From Lama glama (taxonomy: Eukaryota), in assembly GCA_028534125.1 (NCBI GenBank), contig CM052816.1, forward strand, positions 4,218,001-4,282,000: a stretch of 64,000 nt of DNA, read 5' to 3'. Positions 1-11,899 of this stretch are shown here, one piece after another. The position numbers and the translations under genes are program-made. The first letter of the stretch is position 1; every line of letters starts with the position of its first letter. The notes beneath the pieces are model-generated. The model did no database searches and was not told where the DNA came from. It saw only the letters and a program-made list of their open reading frames with translations.

Positions 1-275
1 ACAGGCCAAGAAGGTCTCTCTTGGCACTGAGCTCTGCCTCCTTGACAGGGGGGTGACACCCGTAAAGTAAAACTGTTCTTCTGACCCTCTTCAATACGTT
101 CAATCTTGAATTTTTTTTTTTAAGCTCCAATACTGTGCTCGAACTTCTCCACTGTACTCCCAGGCTTCCTCAAAGTCATTCTCACCCATGAGTGATTGTC
201 AAAATCGGTGGGGTTTTTTTGGGGGGGGGGATAGAGAATGGTAGAAAACTCCACCATTTTGCCAATGTGTCTCCC
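1..275 (-). mobile_element. Old L1M LINE 5'-end fragment
   Basis: gtaaagtaaaactgttcttctgaccctcttcaat...attctcacccatgagtgattgtcaaaatcggtg...ctccaccattttgc resembles the reverse complement of L1M 5' UTR consensus. Confidence 0.65.
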
Positions 276-394
276 CAAATGAGCTTTACCTGGCACAGTC
301 TACCCTGGAAATAATCTGGGGACGACTGACAGAATAATATGAATGGCTGAAGTTTTAATTAAACATACAAAACACAGGCTTTGGGGCAAATCCT

Positions 395-740
395 TTATAG
401 GCCTCATACCATTTTAACCTTCCCCAAACCTTCGAGATATGTATTCATTTTTAATATATTTTTTAATTGAAGCATATAGTCAGTTTACAATGTTGTGTCA
501 GTTTCTAGTGTACAGCACAATGCTTCAGTCATATAGGAACATACATATATTCATTTTCATGTTGTTTTTCACCGCAAGTTACTACAAGATACTGAATATA
601 GTTCTCTGTCATTTTTAATCCACTCTGCAGCTGAGAAAGTTGCAGCTTAGAACAGTAAACTGCCTACCCAAGGGTGTACTCACAGAAGTGGCAAAGCTGT
701 CAGTCCCACCTAAAGCCAAAGCCCATACACCTGACCACTG
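395..740 (-). mobile_element. MIR SINE split by an L1 insertion
   Basis: cattttaaccttccccaaacc before the L1; ctgcagctgagaaagttgcagcttaga...tgcctacccaagggt...gtggcaaagctg after it. Confidence 0.6.
456..608 (-). mobile_element. 5'-truncated cetartiodactyl-type L1 3' end with 11-bp TSD
   Basis: ttttaattgaagcatatagtcagtttacaatgttgtgtcagtttctagtgtacagc is an L1 3' UTR; TSD TCATTTTTAAT at 445-455 and 609-619. Confidence 0.85.
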
Positions 741-764
741 AGCAGCACCTGACTGTAAGAATGG

Positions 765-1040
765 GATTCATTCATTCACTTACTCGTTCAGTTAGTACTT
801 ACTTACTGGACATTTCCATTTGACTAGGTTCTGTTCTGGAAATGATGGTGAAAGATAAGATGCTCTGGGCTTGTGAAGTTGTATTCCAAGGGCAGAGATA
901 CACAGCAATAAGTAGACAACAAATAAAGGAGCGTTACACTTTCTGATAGTAAGTACAAAGCAGCAAACTGAAGAAGGCTGAGGAAGTAAGAGTGGGAGAG
1001 GGGGGCCCCTAACGTTTGGTGAAACAGTCAGAAGCCATGC
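765..1040 (-). mobile_element. L2 LINE 3' fragment
   Basis: attcattcattcact tail followed by L2-like 3' sequence. Confidence 0.6.
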
Positions 1041-1214
1041 AAGCATGTGGGACAGAGACTTTGAGACAGACACAAATGTCAAATGTCATCATCCCTGGGG
1101 CTGGGGTGAGCCTGATGATTTGGGGCCACACCAAGACCTGTGTGGCCGGAAGAAAGTGAGAGAGGATACAAGGAGGAGAAAGGGAAGTCGGGCTGATGGG
1201 CAGAGGCCAGATGA

Positions 1215-1385
1215 TACAGGAACTCTGGAGTCTGGCTTCCTGGTGGATCCCTGTCTCTGTCAGTGGTCTCTCCTTAGGAAGCTCACTAATCCTCTCCGGG
1301 CTGTTTCCTTATTGGTAAAATGAGAATGCAGGAGAAGTAGACGCAGGGGACCTGAAAGGTCCCTTCTTATCCTTGACATTCAGTG
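1215..1385 (+). mobile_element. MIR3-like SINE
   Basis: ctcactaatcctctccgggctgtttccttattggtaaaatgaga...gaaaggtcccttc core and tail. Confidence 0.65.
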
Positions 1386-3142
1386 GTGAGACAGAGAATA
1401 TGATGGATGACAGGGAAACGGTAGAAACTGAATAATGAATCCATTCTCTCGGGGTGGTCACCTTGAACGCCTCCATCTTTCTGCCTATGAGTCAATGCGA
1501 AGGTTTATAAATAAAACTACTCTTTCCAAATATTGGAGGTTCATCTGATAACCATGTTTGTTTCATGATTCATTAAATACAAGGAAATAAGCCAAATGCC
1601 CCTGACATTTAAATGAAGGAAATTAAAAACAGTTTGAAAATCAGTGAAATGCCTCGCCACTCGGGTGAAATAGTTTGATCTCAGGATGGTCCAAGGTATG
1701 ATAGTTATTGGAGACCTCTATCTAACTGAATTTCCCCAGAAACATGGCTCCTAGGATTGGCTATTTTGGGGGTAAGTCAAATCATCTTTGAACTAAAATG
1801 AGTCAAAATAATACATGTAATGTTGTCCCTTGCAGCATATAAAGCTAACCTAAATATACTGCTTCTGGTTATGCCTAGTGGTATAAAATTTGCCTAGGGA
1901 AATACTTCAGATGATGCCTACCTGACAGTAGAGGCAGATAATGCCCAGAGTCAGGCTCACGACATAAGGTGTCCGAATTGGTGAAAATCTGTTCATTCTC
2001 TCAAGACACTTACATTCTAGAGAAAACCTACAGTCAGGAAATAATAAAGCATATGAATCAAAAGTGTGAAAAGTGCCACAATAAAACAGTCCAGTGTCAC
2101 GGGAGCATAGGCTGAGAAAACTTGTCCTGCTGCCAAGCTGGAGAGGAAGTGAATGGCAGAAAGACAGACAGTAAGTGGCGGAAAGCACACCTGAACCCGG
2201 GTTTCCTGGTTTTGAAGCTAGACATCATCTTGTCAAATGAAATGCTAAGAATAGTGAACCTATTTCCAGACTTAATATGAACCTGGAATTTATTCAGTGC
2301 CAAAAAGCTAGCAATACTTCCTGATGTTTAATTAAGAGGATGTACTATTTAGCAGGATACCAGAAACACCTATCCAACAAGACTGGCTCATCTTGCTTCA
2401 ATTCTTCAAGAGCTCCTAAGCAGTTGAAAAACAAAAACCCTACAATGTTTACATCTCACATAGAAACATATGTGTAAGTGACACGAAGTGAAGATAATGA
2501 CAAAGGATATGGAATATTTCTGGTGCATGTATAACTGAGTCTGTTTAGATTGAAATATATTCGTAGACAAATGTTTATGATGTTTCAATAAAAGTCGAAA
2601 AAAAAATCCATTAAGGAGTTGAAGCAATTTTGAACAAAATAGTTATTTGAATGTTTTCTACTTCTTTCTATTTTCTTATAGCTTCCCAAGGAACTCAAGA
2701 CTATGGAGACACAGAATAAGTTTTAACCACTGCAAATAACCAAAAAAAAAAAGCCTTTGGTTTTCAAAAAGCTTTAAGAAAGCTAAAAAGAATCAGGAGA
2801 GCTTTTCTTTGGTAGTTAGTAATTTTACCTTTCATGTGACTTGTTTCAAATACCGTATGATTATTCAGTTTAGAAACATACTCCATCAATGTACAAAGAA
2901 ACCCCACGTGCAGCCATTTGCAAATGTTAAGCTATTCTAACCATCATGGAAAATGAGAATACCTTGGCAACAATAAATGAGAAGAAAGGAGAAAAATAAA
3001 AACGAGTAACTTTAGACTCACAGCTTCAAAACAAGCTTATATAAGGCTTACCAAGAAATCTGATACAGACGTCAGGGGTCATGGTCACTGTAATTGTTCT
3101 CATTTAAATGTGACCTTTCACCTCAAAATCATTCCAAGGATC

Positions 3143-3273
3143 TGACTGAAAAATTGTGCTGAACACTGGAATTTGACACAACACTGTAAAATGATTATGA
3201 ATCAATAAAAAATGTTAAAAAAAATAAATAAAAAAAATAAAGTTGATTGAATGCAGAAATTTTATGGGAAAAA
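3143..3273 (+). mobile_element. Young camelid-type L1 3' end, severely 5'-truncated, with A-tail, extra 27-nt segment and second A-run
   Basis: tgtgctgaacactggaatttgacacaac...aatcaataaaaaatg, near-identical to the reverse complement of 47831-47915; perfect 18-bp TSD AAAATCATTCCAAGGATC at 3125-3142 and 3274-3291. Confidence 0.9.
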
Positions 3274-4299
3274 AAAATCATTCCAAGGATCGAGGGCAAG
3301 AGTATCTTAACCCTAAAGTTTTCAGTAATTTTCAGTAGTTGTATGTGTGAATGGTCTCAAACTGCAAAATGTGTGAATTGGAAGGGACTTTTCAGATGCT
3401 CTGTTTCAGCTTCTTAGATAATGATATTGAGAAGCAATGTTAATGTCAGGCCATCACAATAAGTGTAGAACAGAACTTGTCCATTATAAAGAATCTGTGA
3501 GCTAAAGTGAGACCACACTAGCCTGGCCTCCACAGATGCCTCAACACCTGGTCGACCCCACTCTTCCAGGACGACACTCACTGGCCTATGGAAAGGAGTA
3601 TTCAAAAGACCGTTCACATTGACCAAAACACCCCAGCGTTATCGCAGGAGCTATTGTGTGCTTTGCTACCTAATGTGTTTTCTTCTCTCTCTGTCCTCCA
3701 GCCACAGAAAATCAACTTTGCTCAACAGCATTCGTAAGAGTCCAGGCAGACTGCATTCACCTCAGTTGTTGCCATTGTTCAAGTCATTCATCCCAGACCT
3801 TTCTGGTCTCCTGCACATTCTCAAAGTGCACCCCACTGACTAAGAGCCACTCATCATCATCGCCTTGTGCCCAAGACGCCTCGAGTTGTCCAGAGGGCTT
3901 TCCGGTAGCAGGCTCCATGGCATGAGGAAAACAAAGGAAAATGGAGGAATGAAAGAATCTCTGGCATTCGACTTTCCTTTAGCAAGAGAGGGTGGCTGAT
4001 GAAAAGGGCAGAGGGAAGATACATGTCATCAAAACAAGGGGGCCTGCATGCTGTGGGGTGCGAGCAAAACACTATCAGCACACAGAGAAAAGGGCAAGGT
4101 CAATCTGGAGGACCCTGGAACTTCTGCATAGCGGGGACCTTGGGTATTAAAGGACACAATTCTTCCTGGTGGAAAAGGAAGAGAAGGATATTCTGAAGAG
4201 GGAATAAAATAAGTGAATAAAAGCACACAGTGAAAGTGGGCAATGGAGGAGAAATGGTACATCACCAGGCTGCATAGCAGGCACACAGAAACTACTGGA

Positions 4300-4740
4300 T
4301 GAATGAATGATGCTTAGGGGAATGGCTGTGGAGCAGTGAGTGAGGGTAACCAAAATCTGAAAAGAGGCTGAGAACATGGAGAAAAGCTTGAAGTCTATGC
4401 TACAAAGTGACAACTACATCTTGGAAGCAGTAAGAGTCATCAGAAGTTTTGCAGAGGGAAGGGATCCAGGACTGTATTTTAGAAAGATAACTTAGGGGGA
4501 GGAAATGTGGAAATGGATGGGGGAGAAAAGATTAATAAGGGAGATGATTTCAAGAACTCAGCTACCTTAAGAGTTAAGACTAAATGGGATGAATAAATGA
4601 GATAGAGTCAAGGCAGTAGCAAAAATGAGGATGGGGGAATTTGGCAGGGAATGATGAGTTTAAATTGCAAAGACTCTGTGAAAGGCTATGAGAGATGTAG
4701 AAAGGGAAAATAACAAAATTTCTCTCTTCTGAGTCATGGG
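4300..4740 (-). mobile_element. L2 LINE fragment
   Basis: purine-rich L2 antisense motifs such as actgtattttagaaagataac and gagatagagtcaaggc. Confidence 0.55.
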
Positions 4741-5892
4741 GCCTTCTACAAAAGTGTTCACCGAGATAAGGGATTTCTGCAGCTCTGTAGGAGGTGTCCT
4801 CCCGTTCAGACCACTGACGCAAGTGCACACAGCACTGGGCGCCGGAGAAGATGCAGCGGGGAGAAAAGCCAGGCATGGTCCCAGCCTCACGGCACACACT
4901 GTCTTATCACACCAAGCAGAGCATCAGTACTTCAAGATTGAAAGTAAATGGATTCATACCGATTAAAAAAGGTGGGGGGGGGGGAAGCAAAATCTGTAAC
5001 AAATGTGGAATTAAATTAGAATTGGAAGGCTCTTAGAGAAATAGAATCAGAAAAGAAAAAAAGATTTTATGGTTCATTCTATACCCTTTTGTATTGTTTG
5101 AAAATATAATGAAGGGATATTTTTAACACTTAAAAATTGAATAAAGATTAAAAAACAACTAAAAATCTGTTCACAGTTCAATAGATCCCCCCAAATTCAA
5201 TCTCCAAAGGATTCAGAATATAAAGAGAACTAATGTATATTTTCAAGATGCCCTTGAAGATTGCTTTCAGTTGCTGCATAAAATACATTTGTCCTGAACA
5301 TTAGTAGATTTAAAAGAGAAAAATTCCAAGTTTTTTGTTTTCTTTTTTGCTTGTTATTGAACATGAGACCCTGAAGACATTCACATTTTCTTTCACATGT
5401 GCTGTTACGTTGTTTTTCTTTCCTTTAAAAGAATACAGACAAACTACATTCTGTTTTCTATAAATCAAGATCCAGTTGATTGATACATAATGCCGTCTAA
5501 ACTTCATATCCTCCTTTGAAGAAGCAACTCAATTTCTGTATGTGTAATTCACTTAAAAAGCCATTACCACAAAGGACCTTTCCCTACAACTGCTATATTA
5601 AAGAGAGCCACTGGGGAGTGGGGGCATCAAAAAATGGCTACATTCCTCCTTTTTTTCCCTCAAGCTCCTCGAAAGGAAGGGTCATGAAATATTATTGGGG
5701 AGAGTGCAAATTATTCACAATTATCTCCTTATGCCTATTTTATAGACATGAGTTTTATTATTATATAATATTGCAGGTCTGACTCCTTTTTCCATGAGTA
5801 TGCTTTTTATTATTTTTAATTAACATATATTTGTTCTAACTATAAAAGCAATGCAAGTTCAAAGCAGAAAAGTTAGAAAATATTTTTAAAGT

Positions 5893-5975
5893 GGGGAAGG
5901 GAGGGGGAGCGAGAGGGAGAAAGAAAGAAAGGAAGGAAGGAAGGAAAGGAAGGAAAGGAAGGAAGGAAGGAAGGG
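5893..5975. repeat. Polypurine tract with (GAAA)n/(GGAA)n microsatellite
   Basis: gaaagaaagaaaggaaggaaggaaggaaaggaaggaaaggaaggaaggaaggaaggg directly visible. Confidence 0.95.
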
Positions 5976-6033
5976 CAGCCCCTCTGACACTTGGAGGCTG
6001 ACCTGCCACTCACAGCTGGCCATGTTACTCTCC

Positions 6034-6508
6034 TGTTGGATGTCAACCATCTTACAAAACACCAGCCTCAGACAAGATCACTCTGAGACCACGATGACAT
6101 GAGACAAAGCAAGGCCACTCCACAGTTCTGTCTCAGCCTAGATGATGACGACAAGGTAACAGTGCCTCCTATAAAATACCAAACCCTCCCTCTCTCAGCC
6201 AATATGTATGCCTGATACTCCTTTACCAACGACATCTCTATCCTCACTCTCATCTGCCCTCCCTACAGATAAGATTTACTAAGATGCCCAGTTACAGAGT
6301 TGCCCCCACTTTCTGGCAGCACCCAATTTAGAGTGGTGCTTCCTTAGAATCTCCCACAAGTCACCCAACCACAGTCCAAACCTTAGAATAGTCCTTTCTG
6401 ACACTCTCTTGCTAAGACACCCCATGATGCTCCATGGTGTCTGCCGCTACCACCCCCAGCTGTGACTTCTTCAACTACAGACATGTTCCCAATGGCCTTT
6501 GATGGACA
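6034..6508 (+). mobile_element. ERV1 solo LTR, MER31-like
   Basis: cagacaagatcactctgagacc, ccctacagataagatttactaagatgccca, ttcaactacagacatgttccc match MER31-type motifs; begins TG and ends CA. Confidence 0.75.
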
Positions 6509-6569
6509 GTTCCTATCATGTTATCACCATAATATTCTGGTGTATTTCCTCTCCTTCTTTGCACTGTGG

Positions 6570-6735
6570 CAGATAATAGCTAACAATAACTAACCCTGAA
6601 TGATGACCCATGCTCCACTCACTGTCCCAAGTGCTTTACTTACCTAACCTACCTCTCTTCATAACCCTATGAAGTAGGTATTGTTATTTCTGTTTTACAG
6701 ATAAGAGACAAAAATGCAAAGACAAAGCAATGTGT
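6570..6735 (-). mobile_element. MIR SINE
   Basis: aaccctatgaagtaggtattgttatttctgttttacagataaga. Confidence 0.75.
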
Positions 6736-6743
6736 TTTAAGTT

Positions 6744-6966
6744 GAGGATTTTTCAATCACGGCAATACTGACATTTGGGGCTGGATAATTTCTTGTTGTA
6801 GGGAGTGGTCGTGTGCACCACAGAGTATCAAGCAGCATCCCTGACCTCTATCCACTAAGATGCCAGAAGCAGGTCCTCCTCTCCCTCAGCTGTTATAACC
6901 AATAGTGTCTTCAGAAATCACAGGTGTGCCCTGGAGACAAATATCACACCTGGTTGAAAACCCTTG
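6744..6966 (-). mobile_element. MER20 hAT-Charlie DNA transposon
   Basis: ctgacatttggggctggataatttcttgttgt...agcagcatccctgacctctatccact...gatgccag...ggttgaaaaccc. Confidence 0.85.
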
Positions 6967-6974
6967 TTCTAAAT

Positions 6975-7300
6975 GATTAGGATCATACCGTATATAATTT
7001 CATTTCCAGGGTTTTTTGTTTGAAATTTTATAGTAAGCATTTCCCACAGTTAACTTATTTTTTAAAAACAAAATATTGAAAGCATAAATTTTAATGGGAA
7101 CAGAAATGTATACATTCCCATCTATTTAAACATTCCCTGCCATGGACTATTTCGTTTGTTTTCAATTTTTTTGTTATTGAAAATTATTCCCTACAGAACA
7201 ACTCTACACACAAATGATTTTCTATTTCTCTGACTCTTCTCCTTAGACTCATTTATTAGGAAAAGGAATTATTGGACCTCAGGGTATCTTTATTTTCTTT
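6975..7300 (-). mobile_element. Old L1ME-type fragment
   Basis: tatttaaacattccc...ggactatttcgtttgttttcaatttttt...aaggaattattggacc resembles L1ME 3' antisense. Confidence 0.55.
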
Positions 7301-7656
7301 TTTTTTTCAGGAAAAATAGATATATCCTTTACTTTCATTTTATTCACTGATTTAGTGTTCACTTCGGCATATACTAAATATACTAAAATATTCAACAATT
7401 TGTTCTTCTAAAATAATTAAACAAGATATATGTCTCCCTTCCAACTCCCTGAACAACCTATGTTTCATTACTGTTCTTTTGCTGAAATACATGTGTTTGC
7501 TATATTCAGAGAGCAAATTATTTGCAACCAGAAATCCAGCATCCATATTTAAGCAACCATGTAGGGTGGCCAAATGCAGGGTGAACAGGATGAAGTGGCT
7601 GGAAGATGAGGTCTAAGAGAGTGAGAACACACTTGTGAAAAACCTTTCATGGCAGA

Positions 7657-8130
7657 TGCACTGGGTTGAACAGAGTCCCTCAAGATTCGTATCTACCCAG
7701 GACTTCAGAATGTGAAGACATTATTTGGAAATAGGATCTCTGCAGATGTCATTAGTTTAGATAAGGTCATACTGGATGGGTCGGGGGTATACTCCAATGA
7801 TGGGTGTTCTTTTCAGAAGAGGGAAATGTGGACACAAAGGGAAAATGCTCTAGAAGACACTGACACACACAGGGAAGGCCATGGGAAGACGGAGGCAGAG
7901 AGTGGAGTGATGCTTCCACAAGCCAAAGCATACCAGGGATTGTCAGCATCCATCAAAGGGTAGGAAGACGGAAGGAAGGAGCCTCCCCGGGAGCCTTCGG
8001 AGAAAGCCTGGCCCTGCTAACACCTTGATTCCGGACTGTGAGCCTCCAGAAGGGTGAGGTAATGCATTTCTGTTAGTTTACCACTTCACTTGGTGGTACT
8101 TTGTTACAGCAGCCTGAGGAGGCTAATACA
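7657..8130 (+). mobile_element. MaLR solo LTR (MLT1C-like)
   Basis: tg..ctgggttgaa, ttatttggaaataggatctctgcagatg, ggaggcagagagtggagtgatgc, cctgctaacaccttgatt, ggtactttgttacagcagcc...ctaataca. Confidence 0.9.
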
Positions 8131-8654
8131 CAGGATGAGGGTTTGGCCTTTCCTCTGTCAATGAAGCTAGTTCAGTAGGGAGTTGTCAGTGGCCTGAACA
8201 AAGGGAGCTCAATGACCTGAAAGGTGGGGAAGGGGGGGAGATGTTTCTTTTGCATTTTCTTGGAAAGAATAATAATACATGTGTATGTGTTTATTATTCT
8301 CATCATTGTTTTATAAAGGAAAGAACATTTTAGCTCTAGTGTAGGTTGGAAATAAACTTAGACTATGATCAAAATTAAAGTATAACTTTCATCATTTCTT
8401 CATTTTGCTAAGAACTGGCAAAACTTTAGTCAGGGATCAGCACAATTCCGCTCCTGGTTCATTAAGTCCTTGCTCCTTCTGGCCTATTCACAAGTTTAAT
8501 CCTCTTCAAAGCCTTCCTTACAGACAGTCATTGCCAGGTACGTAGGAAGGGACTCAGGAAACACACCAGCATTTTACAAGCCTTCTAGAAGTCAACTGCA
8601 TTTTCTCAATATCTTTTACATGTATAATTGATTTCGGGTTAAAGAATAAATCAT

Positions 8655-8830
8655 GAAAATTTGGAACTAAAACAGATTCTAGAGACCCCAATTCAACTTG
8701 CTCCTTTAACCTAAAGAGATACTCAGATAAGCAGAAGGACTTAACGCCCAGCCGCTCAACTAGGGTACGGCATAGCTAGTATGGCTGGAAACCATATATT
8801 TTAACTCCATACTTGCTCTTCTTTCCCCTG
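8655..8830 (-). mobile_element. MIR/MIR3 SINE, degenerate
   Basis: ttggaactaaaacagattctagagacccc...gaaggacttaacgcccagcc. Confidence 0.5.
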
Positions 8831-9434
8831 CTACTCTGCTCTGCCTTTGTTGGTTTTCTGCCTGCTTCCCGTTTTCAGGTTTAATCTCCCCAGATCAAGG
8901 CTAAGCTCTCAAACACGCAAGACTGCTTCCTGGGTATCCTTCCACGGACTTCCTTCTGGCTGAGCACTCCGTATCTGTTTAAAAGATGTAGAAGAGGAGA
9001 AACAGGCATGACGAGGCTGATTAACAGCTGTGATCAAAGTCCTCCTGCCACAAGCAGTAAGTCCTATCCTTCATCTTCCCAAAACTCTTTGGCTACATCC
9101 CACCCCAGGCTCCTCTCCTCTGTCAGGGGCCTCTTTTTTTTTTAAATCTTCCTTTGTGCGTTAGTGATTCGTATTTCCTCCCGGGTTTGCTGTGGCTCGG
9201 CTCGATCTGTTTGGGTTGGATAAAAACCGTAAAGTGGTTCTGGATCTCTTTAAACTATGTGTTCTTTCTATATGCAAAGGAAGACAATATAAAAGAAGAG
9301 CAAGGGAGAGAGATGGGATGGACTATGGGATTAAAGTTGAGGGACTGTCTTGTTTTGTTTTGTTGTCTCATCAGAGAACACTTTCTTAATTATCTAACCT
9401 GGACTGCTCTTTCCCCATAGGGTGATAGGTTGGA

Positions 9435-9630
9435 AAACACCCCAGTCAAGGGCTCTAAGGACTTAAGTTCAAATTGAAACGAGACCCTTAATTTCTCTAA
9501 GACCCACTTTCTACGCCCACAGTGTCCGGATTCTAAATTGATCCTATTTACTTAAAAGGGTAATTGCAAGTATCAAACATCATAAAAGTATTCTATAAGC
9601 TATAAGGTGTTACATAAAGAAAATAATGAT
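9435..9630 (+). mobile_element. MIR SINE, degenerate
   Basis: gacttaagttcaaat...cttaatttctctaagacccactttc...cctatttacttaaaagggtaattgcaag. Confidence 0.55.
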
Positions 9631-9719
9631 CCGGTTACTAGTTAAAACAGGTAAATGACTCCCAACTGGGGGTGGAGGGAAGCACACTGCTAAAATAAAA
9701 GGCACTAAACAAATACTAA

Positions 9720-10160
9720 GTGCTCCCGGTAAAGAAATACTGCTCGCATTAGCCAAATCCGCTTGTCCAATTTCCTTGATTCCTTATCTTTGCTTCTCTG
9801 GAACTCTAATTAAAAAAAGCAATGACATTCCTCCGTTTGCAAGGCCTGTCACATTAATATGTTGATCGGGTGATGGTTTTTCCAAGGGCCTTGCGTGGAA
9901 GTGTCCATTCACAAGGAGCCTATTATGTAAAGCGCGTGTAATAAATAATTACGAATGTCCATCTATGCCATTTTTCAGCTCTCTTAGCTGAAGTAAGAAA
10001 TCAGCTTTTGTGGTTCAAAGACAAACAACTTTCAATCTTAACAATAAGTGATGGACCAAAGATTGAACACCACTGATTTACTGTCAAAGCACAGAAAATT
10101 ATTCCAGAGATCTGTCTCTAAACCTTTCAGATAATGCACCCCATTAATAAAACTGAGTAT
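9720..10160. promoter_or_regulatory. Candidate conserved non-coding element / developmental enhancer
   Basis: no recognisable repeat; 9 CpGs in 9727-9953; TGATGGAC, TGATTTAC, 2x CTGTCA, TAATTA, TTCAAAG, ACATTCCT motifs. Confidence 0.4.
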
Positions 10161-11899
10161 GTACCCCTAAAATATGTACTTTGTGAAAAATTACACATGT
10201 ACAATTACATTTGTATATTACGTGCTTTAGAAAACATACACGAAGTTGAAAGGATTAAATAAAAATATATAAATACAAAGATCTTGATTGTTTTCCTCCA
10301 GGACCTGAATTCTCCAGTGTGAGAATTCCACATTATAGACCATCTTCTAACATACCATGGAGATACACTGTTAATAGTGGTGAAAATCACCTGCTTGTGC
10401 CCTGTCCTGTCCCAAACAATAACTATGCTTCATGCTCTATGATTATGCTAATAGGACCCATCAAGAAATCGATCTCTTCACCACTATACACATTTGTTCA
10501 TTACCCACTGAACACCGGGGCGTTGTCTGATGTCCAAATTTCTCAGTGGGCATTGACTGGGCTGGATCCTCTGGTGAAGTATCAGTCTTTCCAGATGACA
10601 CAGTCAACCTCACATGCCCTCTTTCTCTACAACTTACTTTTCTTTGGGGGCTGAAAATACTGCAGTTTGGTTGAAAGGATTTGCAAGCTTTTGCAGCAAA
10701 ATATTTTCACTAGCCAGGGAGAGGAAATAAGAACCCCCAGAGACTGGGATCATAACCTGAGAGGCAGGGCTGAAAAATACCCACATGCATGTAAACATCA
10801 GAAAATACTTGCCAAACATAATTTTGCAAACTGCACAACTCCTTTGAAATTTCATTTTCACTTGAATTTTATATTCTGTTCTTTATTAAGCCATGTTAAA
10901 TATTAACACAAAAATAATGTTTTAAAATCACAAACACCACATAAATGAATGCCTTTCAGGAGAGAGTCCACGTTGCCCTGTTGCTGCCCGGTATCCTCAT
11001 TACACCCAGGATTTTGCTCACTCAGGTATAGAGACTTGAGAAGTAAGGGATGAAGACTCAAATGGGAGATGGGGATTCAGCCAAGCTCCCACCACGTTGC
11101 TCAAGGTCCACTGGTGGACTTTGGCAGGTCACTTGACCTCACCTAATAGCATCAACTTGTGTAATGAGAATTGGAGACAATACATGGCTACAAGCAATCT
11201 TCTTTCTAAGTCATCCCTCCAAGATCTCACCTTGTCAGTCCAGAGCATGAGAACTCAAAGGATGCCTCACAATCATCAAACAACATATGAAAGATGAGGA
11301 TACAGAGCTGGTATTTTCAAACTCCAGAAATGATGGCTTAGATTCGAGGAGAAAAACTGCTTCACAAAAGAAATTAACTTGCCCTGGAAATCCTCAGTAT
11401 ACCAAGAACTGAATCTTGCGTCCCAAGTACAAACCCACTGCTCTTTCCATAGTAGGTGTTTCTAGTCTTTACACATACCAGATGCTTAAAGCATGCTCTT
11501 TAAAGTGAGCTGAATTCTTCTAGCGGAAGGACAACATAGAAGGAACTGCTGGTTGCGTTCTTATTACTACCTCTTTAAGCTTTAGTGCATTTCCTAAGTA
11601 TTTTCTGACGGCCTCAGAGAGGGTTTACCTGTATGTGGGTATTTTTCAGCACTGCCTCTGATTATAGGGAGATTGAATCAAACTCCACCTGCTGATATGA
11701 CCAACGTTTATTATGTAGCTCTCAAAAGGGCTGCTCTCTATGTGAGTCGTTTTCTTTCTAGTTTAAGCAGCTAAAATACTCAAGAGGCTTCACATGCAAT
11801 TTATGTTTGGAATCTGACTCCCCCCTCCCACCTCAGCAACCCCCTCATCTCACCCTCATCGCTTTTCAGATTCTCAGCCCACTATCCCACCACTGCTAC

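Noticed and set aside
2575..2610. AATAAA followed by an A-run, suggesting a processed pseudogene end
   Set aside because: Spacing too short, no TSD and no upstream coding remnant seen.
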